From Octopus sinensis (Eukaryota): 64,000 nucleotides of DNA. Within the stretch, counting starts at the first letter, position 1. Every line of letters begins with the position of its first letter. This document shows, in pieces, positions 1 to 13,221 of the stretch. The stretch is taken from contig NC_043005.1 in assembly GCF_006345805.1 (NCBI RefSeq), forward strand, positions 73,160,001-73,224,000, written 5' to 3'. The translations under genes were made by a program, and so were the position numbers. The notes beneath the pieces are model-generated. The model saw nothing but the letters and a program-made list of their open reading frames with translations, had not been told where the DNA came from and did not search any database.

Positions 1-589
1 TTATGTTTGAAATTACAATTTGCTCTAATCGTTTTTACAAATTACCTTCAATTTGCAACATGGTTTATTGCTTCAAAATTTTATACAACAACCACACACA
101 AAAAAGAAGCATCCTTACCTAGTTAGACCATTGGAATATTCTCATTTATCATGTTGCTACTTTATTCGATTGCAATAATAATGATAGAATAATCTATGAA
201 GCAAAGAAGCAGGGTAGTTTACGTGCTGTTCAAAACAGCATTTTCACACCAGTAAATAGATTATTCCAAGTAATTTGCATGAATATAAGTAATATAGATA
301 AAATTGTAATAGTGCAAAGAAGGTTCATACATGACGTTGATGCTATTCAGTAATCAAGAGTAAATATTATTTGTTAATCGTGTAGATTTCTGGCTCCACC
401 TGAAAGTGTTTTTAACAGAAAGTATATTGCATCAGGTTTTAAAATATAATGTATAGTTATTTATTCACATTTAAAATTATTTATTAGCCAACATGATTTT
501 CCTATTATAAATAAAAGTATCCTGATGGCTAACAGATAATGTGATTATACATAGATACACGCATGCACGCACAGAAAGATACACAAACA

Positions 590-744
590 TACATGTATGT
601 GTGTGTACGCGTACATACATGCATACACATAGACACACACATAGACACACACATATATATATATAAATATATATATATACATGTATATATATATATATAT
701 GTTTGTATATATGTATGTATATATATATGTACGTATATATATGT

Positions 745-776
<32 letters not shown>

Positions 777-837
777 GTATGTATATATATGTATGTATAT
801 GTATATATATGTATATATATATACATGTATATATATG

Positions 838-869
<32 letters not shown>

Positions 870-975
870 TGTATGTATATATATGTATATATATATGTAT
901 GTATATGTATATATATATATATATATGAATATGTGTATGTATATATATATGTTTATATGTATGTATATATGTATG
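590..975. repeat. Compound (TA)n/(TATG)n microsatellite
   Basis: Directly visible; explains the YIYI/MYIC pseudo-ORFs at 477-1040. Confidence 0.95.
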
Positions 976-978
976 TAT

Positions 979-1378
979 TCTTCTACTCTTTTACTTGTTT
1001 CAGTCATTTGACTGTGGCCATACTGGAGCACCACCTTTAGTCGAACAAATCGACCCCAGGACTTATTCTTCGTACCTATTCTATCGGTCTCTTTTACCGA
1101 ACCTCTAAGTTACAGGGACGTAAACACACCAGCATCGGTTCTCCAGCGATATTGAGGGAACAAACACAGACACACAAACATATGCACACACATACACACA
1201 CTCACATATATATATACAACGGGCTTCTTTTAGTTTCTGTCTACTAAATCCACTCGCAAGGCTTTGGTCGGCCTGAGCCTATAGTAGAAGACACTTGCCT
1301 AAGGTGCCACGCAGTGGAACTGAAACCGGAACCATGTGGTTCGTATGCAAGCTACTTACCTCACAGCCATTCCTACGC
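979..1378 (-). mobile_element. tRNA-derived SINE, family A (full length, internal CA/TA tract)
   Basis: Reverse complement matches copies at 4220, 10409, 31259, 31660, 34065 and 50298. Family features: A-box-like TGGCTGTGTGGTA, B-box-like GGTTCAGTCC, body ACCTTGGGCAAGTGTCTTCTACTATAG, tail GACTGAAACAA(GTAAAAGA)n. Confidence 0.9.
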
Positions 1379-1467
1379 TTATATATGTATATATGTATAT
1401 GTGTGTGTGTGTGAGTGTGTGTGTGTGTGCGTATGTGTGTGTTTGTGTGTGTGTGTGTGTGTGTGTA

Positions 1468-1520
1468 GTGAAGGCGCATAGCTTAGTAGTTAGAACGTCG
1501 AGTTTACGATCGTGATGTTG
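1468..1520 (+). mobile_element. 5' head fragment of SINE family C
   Basis: gtgaaggcgcatagcttagtagttagaacgtcgagtttacgatcgtga matches the head of the copy at 43189. Confidence 0.7.
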
Positions 1521-1524
1521 TTTC

Positions 1525-2550
1525 TACGGCGACTTTCAGAATGATGTCATATCTAAATCTCAATGTGGCTTCCGATCTGGTAGAGGGACAATGGATATGA
1601 CTTTCACAGCAATATATATATACAGCAGAAGTGCTATGAGCAGAATGTGGATCTTGTCCAGGTTTTCATTGATTTAACGAAGGCCTTTGATACTGTGAAT
1701 ACGGCATTGCTATGGAAAATACTTAGCAAACTTGGATGTCCGGATCACTCTGTATCTATAATTATATCATTTCATAGTGGGATGGAGGCTTAGGTCAATG
1801 TTGGTGGGGGCATGGACGGAGCCATTCCTGAAGAGAATGGTGTCAAGCAGGGTCACATCCCTCCCCCAACTCTCTTTTCTTTGTACTTTGCTGCTGCTTT
1901 TACTAATGCTTTTGCTCAGGTTAGCTCTCTGGGAATATATGTCAAATATCGACCTTCCGGCGGTTTCTTTACTCTGCGCCGATTTGCTGCCAATTCAAAA
2001 GATTTCCAGTCTTTTATTCGTGACTTTCTTTATGCAGATGACTGGGATATAGTCAGTCATACAGTGGATGACATGCAAATACTTATGAATCCTATTTTTG
2101 TTTCTTCCAAGGCATTTGGACTCAACATTAGCCTGAACAAGATTGTTGTAATGTTCCAGCCTGAACTAGGAAATCCAATTGTGGAACCAGCTTTCGTGCT
2201 TGAAGGAACAATTCTGAAAATGCTAGGCAAGTTTGTCCACCTGGGCAGCACACTCAACTGTTCTTGCTCTCTGTATGATGAAATATCTTTCAGGCTGCAG
2301 AGAGTAACTGATTCCTTCCGGTCTCTTCATTCTCGTATCTGGTCCCAGCATGGCATCACAAATCAAACATAAATTGCTGTGTACCGTACATGTATACTGA
2401 CATCGCTTCTTTACTCATGTGAAACATGGATCCTTTACAAACGTCATATAAGCGTTCATGAACGCTTTCACCAGAGATGTCTCAGATACGTTGTGAATGT
2501 TTGCTGGAACTTAAAAACTCCAGGCACATATGTCCTGAGGGCAGCTGATA
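1525..2550 (+). pseudogene. RTE-clade LINE reverse-transcriptase fragment (frameshifted)
   Basis: Translations include SQCGFRSGRGTMDM, VFIDLTKAFDTVN, GVKQG..PTLFSLYF, FLYADD, FVHLGSTL and LLYSCETW..FHQRCLR. These are RT domain motifs plus the C-terminal region typical of RTE/BovB-like LINEs. Confidence 0.9.
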
Positions 2551-2555
2551 TATAT

Positions 2556-2846
2556 GGTGGCACTCCGTCGGTTACGACGACGAGGGTTCCAGTTGATCCG
2601 ATAAACGGAGCAGTCTGCTCTTGATATTAACGTGCAAGTGGTTGAGCACTCCACAGACACGTGTACCCTTAACGTAGTTCTCGAGAAAATTCAGCGTGAT
2701 ACAGAGTGTGACAAGGCTGGCCCTTTGAAATACAGGTACAATAGAAACAGGAAGAAAGGGTGAGAAGAAATTGTGGTGAAAGAGTACAACAGTGTTTGCC
2801 ACCACCCCTGCCGGAGCCTCGTGGAGCTTTAGGTATTTTCGCTTTG
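2556..2846 (-). mobile_element. 5'-truncated SINE, family D body with an alternative 3' tail
   Basis: 2744-2843 reverse complement (gcgaaaatacctaaagctccacgaggctccggcagggg...ttcctgtttct) aligns with 18629-18730; the rest differs. Confidence 0.7.
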
Positions 2847-3214
2847 GGTAGTATGTATGTATATAATTATGTATGTGTGTATGTATGTGTATATATAAAG
2901 TCAGGGGGTATGAAAAGTGAATAAACGGCTGATTTGCAGGTTTCTTTATATAGCAATAATTTCCGTATCGAATAAATCTTGTTTTCTTACTCCTCATGAA
3001 TTTATGTTTATATACACCGCATGAAATAATTTCATCAATCGGATCTTCTACGGTTTAACCTCATTGACACTCTATATTGCACTTACTAGTGTTTTGTTTT
3101 TGTTTGTTTTCATGTGAAATATATTTTCAACATTTCTTGTCATATTACACATGGAGTCTCTGGAAAAATAAACGCCAATAGAAATACTCCAACATTTAAT
3201 GTCGATTTAAGTCT

Positions 3215-3390
3215 TTGAGCTGGAAGAATCATTAGCAAAATTCTTAACAGCATTTCGTCCGTTTTGTCGTTGAGTTCGAATTTCTCCGGGGTGGATAAAG
3301 TAAGCACCAGTTGAGTACTGGGGTCGATGTAATCGACTTTTCCTCTCTCCCGAAATTGGTGGAATTGTGCCAAATTTTGAAATCAATATT
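3215..3390 (+). mobile_element. Diverged SINE family B, short tail
   Basis: gagctggaagaatcattagc...gagttcgaattt...gataaagtaagcaccagttgagtactggggtcgatgtaatcgact. Confidence 0.75.
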
Positions 3391-3421
3391 TAATCTCGAT
3401 TAAATTTTAGAACTTATTATT

Positions 3422-3603
3422 TTAACCCTTTAGCTATGAGATTGTCAAATGTAATGCTTATTTAATCAAATTGCTTTGAATAAATTTTGTAGCTCAATAT
3501 TTATTTGATATAAAATGATATGGTAGGGTATGTGTGACAGGTTGGATCTGCTCGTCCAGAACAAGAAACAGGTAGAATGTTTTAGTCATGCATTGCTGAA
3601 AGG
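3422..3603. mobile_element. Decayed piggyBac-type MITE
   Basis: Left end TTAA|CCCTTTAGC; degenerate complementary right end tgctgaaagga; right TTAA not preserved. Confidence 0.45.
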
Positions 3604-4137
3604 AAAGAAAAGTAAGAACAATATTTTTGGATGATCAATTCTCGTACGTGTAGCACCACCGAACTTGTAGCTTATATTTTTGTCATCCTTTAAAAATTTT
3701 AATCATATTTAATCTCTAACATACCTTATTGCTTTGAAGCTATTGAGTTTTCTATAACTGTAATGTAATTTATCGAACATTTGAACTTTCATAATATTTT
3801 ATTACCATGAAACGTATTCAATACTTGAATTTTCATCATGTAATTTCGTCGAAAAACCTATTAAACATCTAATATTTGAGCATTACTTATCAAAGTGTGT
3901 ATCGTTTTCTTTCAAATATTTTTATCGTTTCTATATTTACCATTGACAAAAGCTGTTGAAACTGGTATTACATTTTAATAACATATTTATTTAAAAAATA
4001 TAAACTACAAATCGTTTTATCACCCAGATACATTTTTAACGCTCAAAACGAGTCTCATACACATACCCACGCAGACTCATATATATGGGTACAAACATGT
4101 ACAGTGTCACCCTCATGTACGTATTAATGTATGTGTA

Positions 4138-4219
<82 letters not shown>

Positions 4220-4222
<3 letters not shown>

Positions 4223-4590
4223 TGGCTCTGTGGTAAGTAGCTTGCTTACCAACCACATGGTTCCGGGTTCATTCCCACTGCGTGGCACCTTGGGGAAGTG
4301 TCTTCTATTAGAGCCTTGTGAGTGGATTTGGTAGACGGAAACTGAAATAAGCCCGTCGTATGTATATATACATGTATGTGTGTGTATGTTTGTGTGTCTG
4401 TATTAGTCCCCCAACATCGCTTGACAACCGATGCTGGTGTGTTTACGTCCCCGTAACGTAGAGGTTCAGCAAAAGAGACCGATAGAACAAATACTACGCT
4501 TCCAAAGAATAAGTCCTGGGGTAGATTTGCTCGACTAAAGGCGGTGCTCCAGCATGGCCGCAGTGAAATGACTGAAACAAGTAAAAGAGA
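4220..4590 (+). mobile_element. SINE family A
   Basis: Same head, body and tail as the other family A copies; follows a (TA)n tract. Confidence 0.9.
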
Positions 4591-5911
4591 GAAAGGTATG
4601 TATGTATAACTTGTAGACAAAAGAAGCTTAATGCGCTTCACCACACTCAACGTATGTACGTATGTATATATATATATATATACATAGATAGAAAATGACT
4701 TTACCATAGTACTAATACTGGCAAATTCGGAAAGACACAGGTAAAGGCATAAACATATGCCTCTGTTCAGTTGCAAGAGCAAAAGTATACAACAAAGCAG
4801 CGGTGACAAAACCTTCATGTATTTATACACACTCACAAACGCACATTCTTACACGTATTTATATGCATATGTGTATATATCTCTGCCTATAAATGTATGT
4901 GTGCATGTGTATGTATGCGTGCGTACGTACGTGTGTGTGTATGTGTGTTTGAAGCAAAAAACGTGCGTAATTCACGCACAGCGCCTCCGCTCTTCAATAG
5001 AGATTGGAGTTGAGAATGAGACCAAGAATTTGGGCTGTCTTAAGATTGTTTCTAGTAGAGCAAGGGACTATTACTGAATGTATTCTATGCCTTGTTACAC
5101 GACATTTGTTTTGCGTAAGTAACTTATCCAATATGCCTTTCCTTCTTTTAAATGCAATGCACTTGAGTTTAGAGATATTTAGCTGCGAGATAAAGCAGGA
5201 TCGAATAATCAAGTAGAGGCTCTACCACTGATTCCAGATAAAAGATTTTGAAATATCTGTATGTGGATTATGTAGACCGCAGCAAATGAAAATTTTTCCT
5301 TCTTTGGTTTAATTATCACTCATGATCTGAAAAATTGTGGAACAAGGTAACCGTGTTGTTTTCTCTGAAGCTCAAGTCATTGTTCCTAAAACGGAAATGA
5401 ATTCCTCGTGACAGGGTTCATTATTAGAGTAAAGTAATTTCATTGTATCTGATCTAAGGGAATAGAAGTCCTATTACTGGAATATAGAGAATACAAAAAC
5501 GTATTTCCTTCCTGTTTTCTTCAATTTTAGTTTCTATCTTATTTAAGTCTTTGTTTATTTTTGTAAAGTTCTTCGAATTCAAATAATAATTTTAAGTAAT
5601 TAGATAAAAGGAGCGATAACTAGAGATTTTCCGGACGTTAACTTTGTACTTCATTTCCATCAGTACGCGATGAGGTTGACTGATAACGGCGACTGTCTAA
5701 GAACAACAAGCTTGGGATTAAGCGAACAGGTTGCAACAAAAATAAGCTAATAAGAGACAATTGAAGACAAACTATTCAGCGGTTATCTGAACCTCATAAA
5801 TATTTCATTCTGTTTAGTGAAAACATCCCTTTACTAAAATCAACGATTAACTTGTATTTCCGTCCATTTATTCTTGAAAAGAATTACAAATATATACAAG
5901 TGAAAAACGTT

Positions 5912-5984
<73 letters not shown>

Positions 5985-6028
5985 TATTATTATTATTATT
6001 ATAATTATTATTACTATTATTATTATTA

Positions 6029-6073
<45 letters not shown>
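5912..6073. repeat. (ATT)n microsatellite
   Basis: Directly visible; further (ATT)n tracts at 6617-6762 and 7108-7222. Confidence 0.95.
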
Positions 6074-6616
6074 TGAGTGAGAGAGCAGTGCATGTCATCA
6101 AAGTGACACTGGGGTAAAATATACGAAGCCCAATATACCCATCATGACTACCCGTCTGATAAGGGTACACCAGGCACATGCATCACAACCATATGTGCGC
6201 GACATGGTGATCTCATATCAAGATAAACAGCACATGACCTTGCAGGTGGGGCCCAGTTAGAATTTTCTTCAGGTTGAGTAGCCCATCCCGCTCAAACGGT
6301 CCCTGAATAAGGGTTGTTTAAGGATGTTGAAAGAACCACCCATGTTTCCAGAGGTGAATTATTCAAACCCCAAAGAATCCCTCTCAACACATGGCTATGA
6401 TGCTCCCCTACTACTTCTGCTCGTGATCAGAGATGCACATATCGTCAGCCACTAAGGGACATGCTCAACTGGTTAAGGTCAAACAACTGACAAGCAAATC
6501 TGTAGTATTGAGCAGAATATTTGCTGTAGCCCATCTTTTATACCAAGACAAAACAATGTACATGATAACACTTCCAATCAGTTAAGATCAGAAGCCATGA
6601 GAGCCACTGCCTGGTA
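6074..6616 (-). mobile_element. Non-coding retroelement 3' segment embedded in (ATT)n, copy 1
   Basis: Near-identical to 19357-19812, with the same left end (tgagtgagag) and a different right end; ATT repeats on both sides. Strand inferred from the truncation pattern. Confidence 0.8.
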
Positions 6617-6617
6617 C

Positions 6618-6668
<51 letters not shown>

Positions 6669-6674
6669 TATTAC

Positions 6675-6762
<88 letters not shown>

Positions 6763-6763
<1 letters not shown>

Positions 6764-7107
6764 CTTGTTTCTTCAAATTTTCTTCCATTTCTCACCGAGT
6801 GTTTTCCGAACACCTAGGGCAGAGAAGATCATTGTATGCACTCCCAGATTACACACGCGAATTCACAGGTAAAATATGTATTTAAAAAATTAATGAATAA
6901 ATAAATTCATGAATTGATGTTGTTTTCACAGCGATAATGCTCTTCTCAGTACATGAGCCGTTCTAGTTAACACAGTTAACGATTTTTTGCACTTCCTGTA
7001 GGGATGGTAAGCTTGTTATCATTTTCAAATAGGTTTCAGTGCCTTTTTTCTATCATTCCTAGAGATCCTACAATCACTGGTACTGTAGTCGCCTTAAGAT
7101 GCCACAT
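6763..7107 (-). mobile_element. R4/Dong-like LINE 3' end (RLE C-terminus + 3'UTR)
   Basis: Minus strand reads MWHLKATTVPVIVGSLGMI...LQEVQKIV..TAHVLRRALSL*; flanked by (ATT)n. Confidence 0.8.
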
Positions 7108-7129
7108 TTATTATTATTATTATTATTAC

Positions 7130-7172
<43 letters not shown>

Positions 7173-8517
7173 GTTATTGTTGTTGTTGTTGTTTTTATTG
7201 TTATTATGGTTATTATCATTATTGACGAATAAAAATTGACTTCTTTTGCACAGATATTCAACTTTAGTTAACGATACAAAAAAGAATTTAACACCGTATT
7301 GTAAAAACGTGATTTCAATACACTTTTAAGTAAATACGTTTCCGTTAGAACCTTGGGAAACGTACGAAAGTAACGGTTTCCTATTGAATATAGGTCTTAC
7401 TTTATTGAAGGATCCCTATCTACTATTTCATGAGAGCACGGTATATTGGAAGATGCTTTATCTTATTTGGGTTTTTTTCTTTGATGAGATGTAGTCAGCT
7501 GGCTGGCTGACTGACTGACTGACTTATTTCCAGTTGCCATTGCTTGATTATTCGAAAAATATATCACGCGCCGCTTATAGAGATGTTAAACGTTTAAAAT
7601 TTGCTAGTTGAGAAGAGTGAATACTTGGGTCTTAACGACTAAAAGAGTGGAAAGTTGGAATTAGAAGGAAAAGTCTTATTCGGGGGAAAACCGCCTTATC
7701 ACCTCATCAACCACATGATTCCGGGTTCAGTCCCACTGCGTGGCACATTCAACAAGACATAAAAAATATATACACGCATTCATACAAATATCGAAATAGT
7801 TTTTCTTTAAAGAGATATCTGGAGACGTATTGTAAAATAATATCAGGCCACAGAATAAAATATTAAAAATTTATTAAAATATTAATCAAAGACGAACCAT
7901 AGACATGAGTTGTGCGATATAAATTCGTTAATATGATACTGTATCTTTCGACATCCGCATCTGCATAGATCATACCAAAGCACACTGTACATTTTCTTTA
8001 CATAAAACGCTTTTTATTACCAAAATAACTGAACGTAATAAACACCTATAGGCTCTTGTTTCTGTGGTTTTTTTTATCATTCTGTTTTCAAGCATGTAAT
8101 TTGAATCTACGTGGATTTCGGTGAGTATTTAGATGTTTGATACCGTGAATAACCAGCTTATGAAATTAGTATGTAAACGGTTGAACATCTTCGAAGCAAA
8201 GTGTACAAAAATAAGCATGTCATACTACAACAAGGGTGAACTTTTGAACGGCAGATAAAAATCTATTAGACGTTCATATGAAATTAATTCACGCAATTAT
8301 AAGTGTAAGTCTTGGGGAAATCCCAGACTACAATAATGCAACAGGATCTATCCGTGATTTTGTGAATGGAAAGTTAGCTTCTTCAACGTTCAGCTACAAT
8401 TTATTCCTTGCCTTGACGTGATTATCTAAAACTATTTTATAATTTTATGTTCCTAACGTATATATATATATATATATATAATTAAATAAAAGTAGAAATT
8501 GATATTAATCAATTAAA

Positions 8518-8935
8518 GGATCTTTTCGGTTTGAACGGCAGTTTTTTCTAGCGGTGTCATATGAAATTGTCACCCATAATTATGACCCTAGTATCGATCT
8601 ATTGCATTTCAATCTGTTTTAGGGTTAGGGTTAGGGGTGGGGGAAGGATATATTTTTTCTTCAGAAACGTAAATAAACCCAATCTGTTTCTTAAACAAGG
8701 GACATATTCAGAGGGCACAAAATGTTTTCACCTCAATTAGACGTCATTGATTGGTTGAAATTGCAGAAGTTGAAGAAAAGAAAAACAACAAATATCATAC
8801 AAACTATAGATTTTTCTCAATAAAGCCAAGAGAAAAAGATGTTTTATAAACACATTCTACCAATATACGAAGTTTAAAAGTGTTTAGTTACGTGGAAATC
8901 ATTTTAAAAAACTGCCGTTCAAACCGAAAAGATCC
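8518..8935. mobile_element. MITE with ~30-bp TIRs and 8-bp TSD (Merlin-like), containing TTAGGG repeats
   Basis: Left TIR ggatcttttcggtttgaacggcagtttttt; right TIR aaaaaactgccgttcaaaccgaaaagatcc; CAATTAAA duplicated at 8510-8517 and 8936-8943. Confidence 0.9.
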
Positions 8936-9002
8936 CAATTAAAATCAATTAAAACCAGTGGCTTAGCATATTTTTAAAAAATCCGAAGATTGAAAATTGT
9001 TT

Positions 9003-9243
9003 TACATACAAAATTTAGAGGACTAACCACTAAAAGTAGACAGTCTATATGCTAAACATAGATGTCAAATCGCCATTACCACAAAGAATGAGTTCGCAAG
9101 AAAAATCTCAGCAAAAAACCAAAGTGTAAAAATAAGCAAGACCAATGTTTTTGAGAACACATTCTTCGTAGTAATGGCGATTTGACGTCTATGTTTAGCA
9201 TATAGGCTGTTTAGCATATAGTCAGTCCTCTAAATTTTGTATG

Positions 9244-9245
<2 letters not shown>
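9003..9245. repeat. Long inverted repeat (~90-bp arms, ~60-bp spacer)
   Basis: tacatacaaaatttagaggact...tatatgctaaacatagatgtcaaatcgccattac versus gtaatggcgatttgacgtctatgtttagcatata...agtcctctaaattttgtatgta. Confidence 0.9.
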
Positions 9246-9291
<46 letters not shown>

Positions 9292-10117
9292 CAGAAACTA
9301 GATCATATCGAATAAAATCAATCAAATCATATTTTACTTCACGTAAAATATCTTGCCAGTCTTTAGTAACTCTTAAAATATGCATATATGTATATGCGTG
9401 TATATGTCTGTGAGTCTCTATAGGCGTGTGCATGTGTATGTAGGGGTGTTAATACACAAAGCATCCTGGGAAATTAGTGTGAGTTTTCACCTTCAAAGAT
9501 CGTTCGTGATTTCCGATATGTTGGCATGCCTTCGGGAGAAGATAAATCTTACGCTTCGGCTTATGTGACATAAACTGAGAGAAAGGGAGACTGAACATGT
9601 TTCCGAGTGATTAACTTGAGATAATATTGAGAATATGTAAGTTAGAAGAAATTGTGAAGTGCGACTGAGTAAACATATGAAATGAGAATACGCTGTGTAG
9701 TTAACAAAATGGCAACTCATCGAAGGTGAATGGATCACTCTAATTATATTGGTGCATATATTGCAGGTCACTGGACAGAGTGATATCATACTTTGTACGT
9801 GCTAACCATGTCTGAGGTGATAGTGGGTGATTCATGATTGTTGTAATTATCGTAGCAGTGAAAACATGCGTTAAATATGGACGGTAGGGAGTGAAGTTAA
9901 GATATTGGTCACGTGATAGGGGTCTGAAAAATAGAAAGAGAGAAAAGACTTGGGGAAGGAAATGGGAATAAGCGGAATAAACAGGAAGGAAACAAGGGAA
10001 TTATTTTGTTAGATGACTTGTTTTGTTTACGGGTGGATAAGTAGAGCAGGATGGGATAATCGGATATGACTGCACAGCTGCATAAGTACTTATACAAAAA
10101 CCAAGAAATTGGCTTTA

Positions 10118-10207
<90 letters not shown>
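10118..10207. repeat. (TATC)n microsatellite
   Basis: Directly visible. Confidence 0.95.
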
Positions 10208-10208
<1 letters not shown>

Positions 10209-10217
10209 TTGTGTTTC

Positions 10218-10276
<59 letters not shown>

Positions 10277-10408
10277 AATATGCTCGCTTAGCCAGCGGGG
10301 TGGCGTCATTCGAAGGCTAAAACAATGCGAACGCATTGTGACCAGCGATGCGTAGAAACATCTGATGGTCTGGTCGGTCACGTGATCATGTGATATATAT
10401 GTATATAT

Positions 10409-10592
10409 GCAGGAGTGGCTGTGTGGAAAGTAGCTTGCTTATCCAGCACATGTTTCCGGGTTTAGTCCCACTGCATGACACCTTGGGCAAGTGTATTCTA
10501 CTATAGCCTCGGGCCGACCAAAGCCTTGTGAGTGGATTTGTTAGACGAAAACTGAAAGAAGCCCGTCGTATAAATATATATATATATATATG

Positions 10593-10623
<31 letters not shown>

Positions 10624-10853
10624 ATGAATATGTTTGTGTGACTGTGTTTGTCCCCACCAACATCGCTTGACAACCGATGCTGGTGTGTTTACGTACCCGT
10701 CACCTAGCGGTTCGGCTAGAGAGACCGATAGAATAAATACTAGGCTTACAAAGAATAAGTCCTGGAGTCGATTTGCTCCACTGAAGGCGGTACTCCAGCA
10801 TGGCCGCAGTCAAATGACTGAAACAAATAAAGGAATAAAAGAATAGAAAAGAA
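10409..10853 (+). mobile_element. SINE family A with expanded internal TA/TG tract
   Basis: Family A head, body and tail. Confidence 0.9.
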
Positions 10854-11189
10854 TACACGTATCTCTTCTGTTCGTTGTATGTTATTTTCTATAAGAAGGA
10901 GAGTGTAATTTTGTTTCAGCAGAAACCCTTTGATTGGTCAAAACCCGTATTCCCAAAAATCAGTTTGTTGAAACCTCCTAAGAGGTGCAAAAAAGGACGT
11001 CAGTCGTTTTACTACGCTTGTCAAGAGCTGATGATTACTACGAACGTATGAAAGCGCTAATTGCACTTCATGAACATTACAAAATATTATTTTAATGTTT
11101 AACACACTTCAACATTGTAACGAAATATATATTTTCCTTAAATACCCTAATAAAAACATGAAACCCAGACCATGTTTAACTTTATTTAG

Positions 11190-11231
<42 letters not shown>

Positions 11232-11547
11232 TATATTATATATATATAAAATTTATCGTAATCCAGGTTTTATGCACTAAGCCACTTGGTGTTAAATGGA
11301 TGTACTATAAAATTAGTATCCAATTTTCTCACCCTTATTAGTTGATTATATTATATATATATATTACAAAATAAAAGTTATGTCATGTGTGACAACAACG
11401 CTCAAGATATACAATCGGCTTTATAGATATACATGAATATATGAATATGTGTATCTGTTTGATCTTTCTGTGGATTTTGTAATGTTCCTTTATTTGTTGC
11501 TCGCATTCCCTCCCCACGGATAAAAAAGGTATATATATATATTTATA

Positions 11548-11590
<43 letters not shown>

Positions 11591-12148
11591 TGTTATATAT
11601 GTATATGTATATAAAGATATATATAAAAGTCTGTATATTAATATATATATTATATATTATGTATATACATACATATATATATAATATATATAATACATAA
11701 ATGCACATATATATATACATACATACATATATATATTCTTTTCTTCTTTTCCAGATCGTCCAATAACACTATATTTGTTGCACGGCGTTGCGTTGTTATG
11801 TTTTTCCTTTGTGTTTCCATGTCTGGATTAACTATATATATATATATATATACATATATATATGTATTGTATTTATAAATATGAATGCATCTATATCATC
11901 ACTGTACTGCCGGTATTGTAAGTGTTGCTGTGTATAAATTAATTTCAGGAACAAAATTATATAACGTGATATTTTACAGATAAATTATTGTCTATGTTGG
12001 TCCTGGAGATTGATGTAAACTGGCTGGAATGAATGTATATATTCTCTGTATGTATATATAAATACATATGGATGAATGCATGACCATATGAATATATGGT
12101 ATTTAGTTTTGGCCACATTAGATCACTCAGCATTAGGAAGAAATAACG

Positions 12149-12205
12149 TACAAGATCTGATCAATAAGTATCCACAGTGTTGCCATAGTAACGAAGCTAA
12201 AGCAC
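12149..12205 (+). mobile_element. Tc1/mariner-type terminal fragment
   Basis: ta|caagatctgatcaataagtatcc..gttgccatagtaacgaagctaaagcac aligns with the reverse complement of 29650-29707; begins at TA. Confidence 0.5.
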
Positions 12206-13182
12206 ACATGTGCATTAAGTTTTGACGTTCTAGCTCACTTCCGTTAGTATTTCGATGTCGCTATAACTCATAAGTCAGAAACACCCCTGAAATAATGTAT
12301 CTAACATGTGTTCGAGGCTCTTGTTTGTAAGTTCAGCAAAAAATAGTTGCTCGGTGCTGATACTGCCATCTGGCAATAAAGCTTCGGCGGACAGTAAGAA
12401 TCGAAAAGAGGACTTGTATATTTATTCTTATATCGTGGTAGAATTGAACATGAAGATGCTAATCGCAGTTGTGTTTCGGTTATTTATAAATTCATATAAA
12501 AATAAATTAAATATGTTATATACACTTGAAACAGCAGTAGATAAATTTACTTATTTTACTTACCTGTTTTTTCTGAAAACGGTATTAGAAATAATATGTT
12601 TGTGTGTGTATGTGTGTGCATGTGTGTGTGTGTGTGTGTGTGGTGTGTGTGTGTGTGTTGTGTGTGTGTGTGTGTGTGTGTGGAGAGAGAGAGAGAGAGA
12701 GAGATAGGTATTAACATATTCAAATAGACCAGACTGGGTGTTAATGGTTTATGGAAGCAAGATCAGCTTCACTGTACAACACATTCGTACAGACATCACT
12801 TTGCTGGAAAAATTTGGAATAATTTAGTCATTTGGTGAGTTTGACATTTGGGGAGGAATTAAAATTTGTCTTCAGGAAGGAATTAATCACTTTGAGTGAA
12901 TCGACCCACAGCTTTGTTTGGTTTGGATTAATAGCTGAATCCCCAGATGCCTTAGAAATATTATGAATTCCAAATTATTATAAAATGGACTTGAATTAAT
13001 TTTTATCTCATTTAAATGATAATTGCTTTTGTTCAATATTAACAATAATAATATTGATAATATTAACAATAATAATATTTTTGTCATTCAGGTGATATCG
13101 TTGATTGGAAATTGCCACCAGTGTTGTAAAAATAACTGAAGCATGATATCTAAATGTCAATTTTTGCGGTTAATTATTACCA

Positions 13183-13221
<39 letters not shown>

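Noticed and set aside
477-1040. Long ORFs (up to 185 aa) here and at 22915-23548, 36526-36882, 38421-38924 and 59233-59781
   Set aside because: They are stop-free translations of (TA)n, (GATA)n and trinucleotide repeats and have no protein-like content.
3940-3972. U3-A8 hammerhead (ttgacaa..gaaactggta)
   Set aside because: Stem II is only 2 bp and stem I does not pair; likely chance.
8619-8643. Telomere or chromosome-fusion relic
   Set aside because: Only three TTAGGG units, inside a MITE.
11021-11066. Functional hammerhead (CTGATGA..GAAA-gcgc-TA)
   Set aside because: Core and palindromic stem III are present but stem I does not pair; counted only as a decayed motif.
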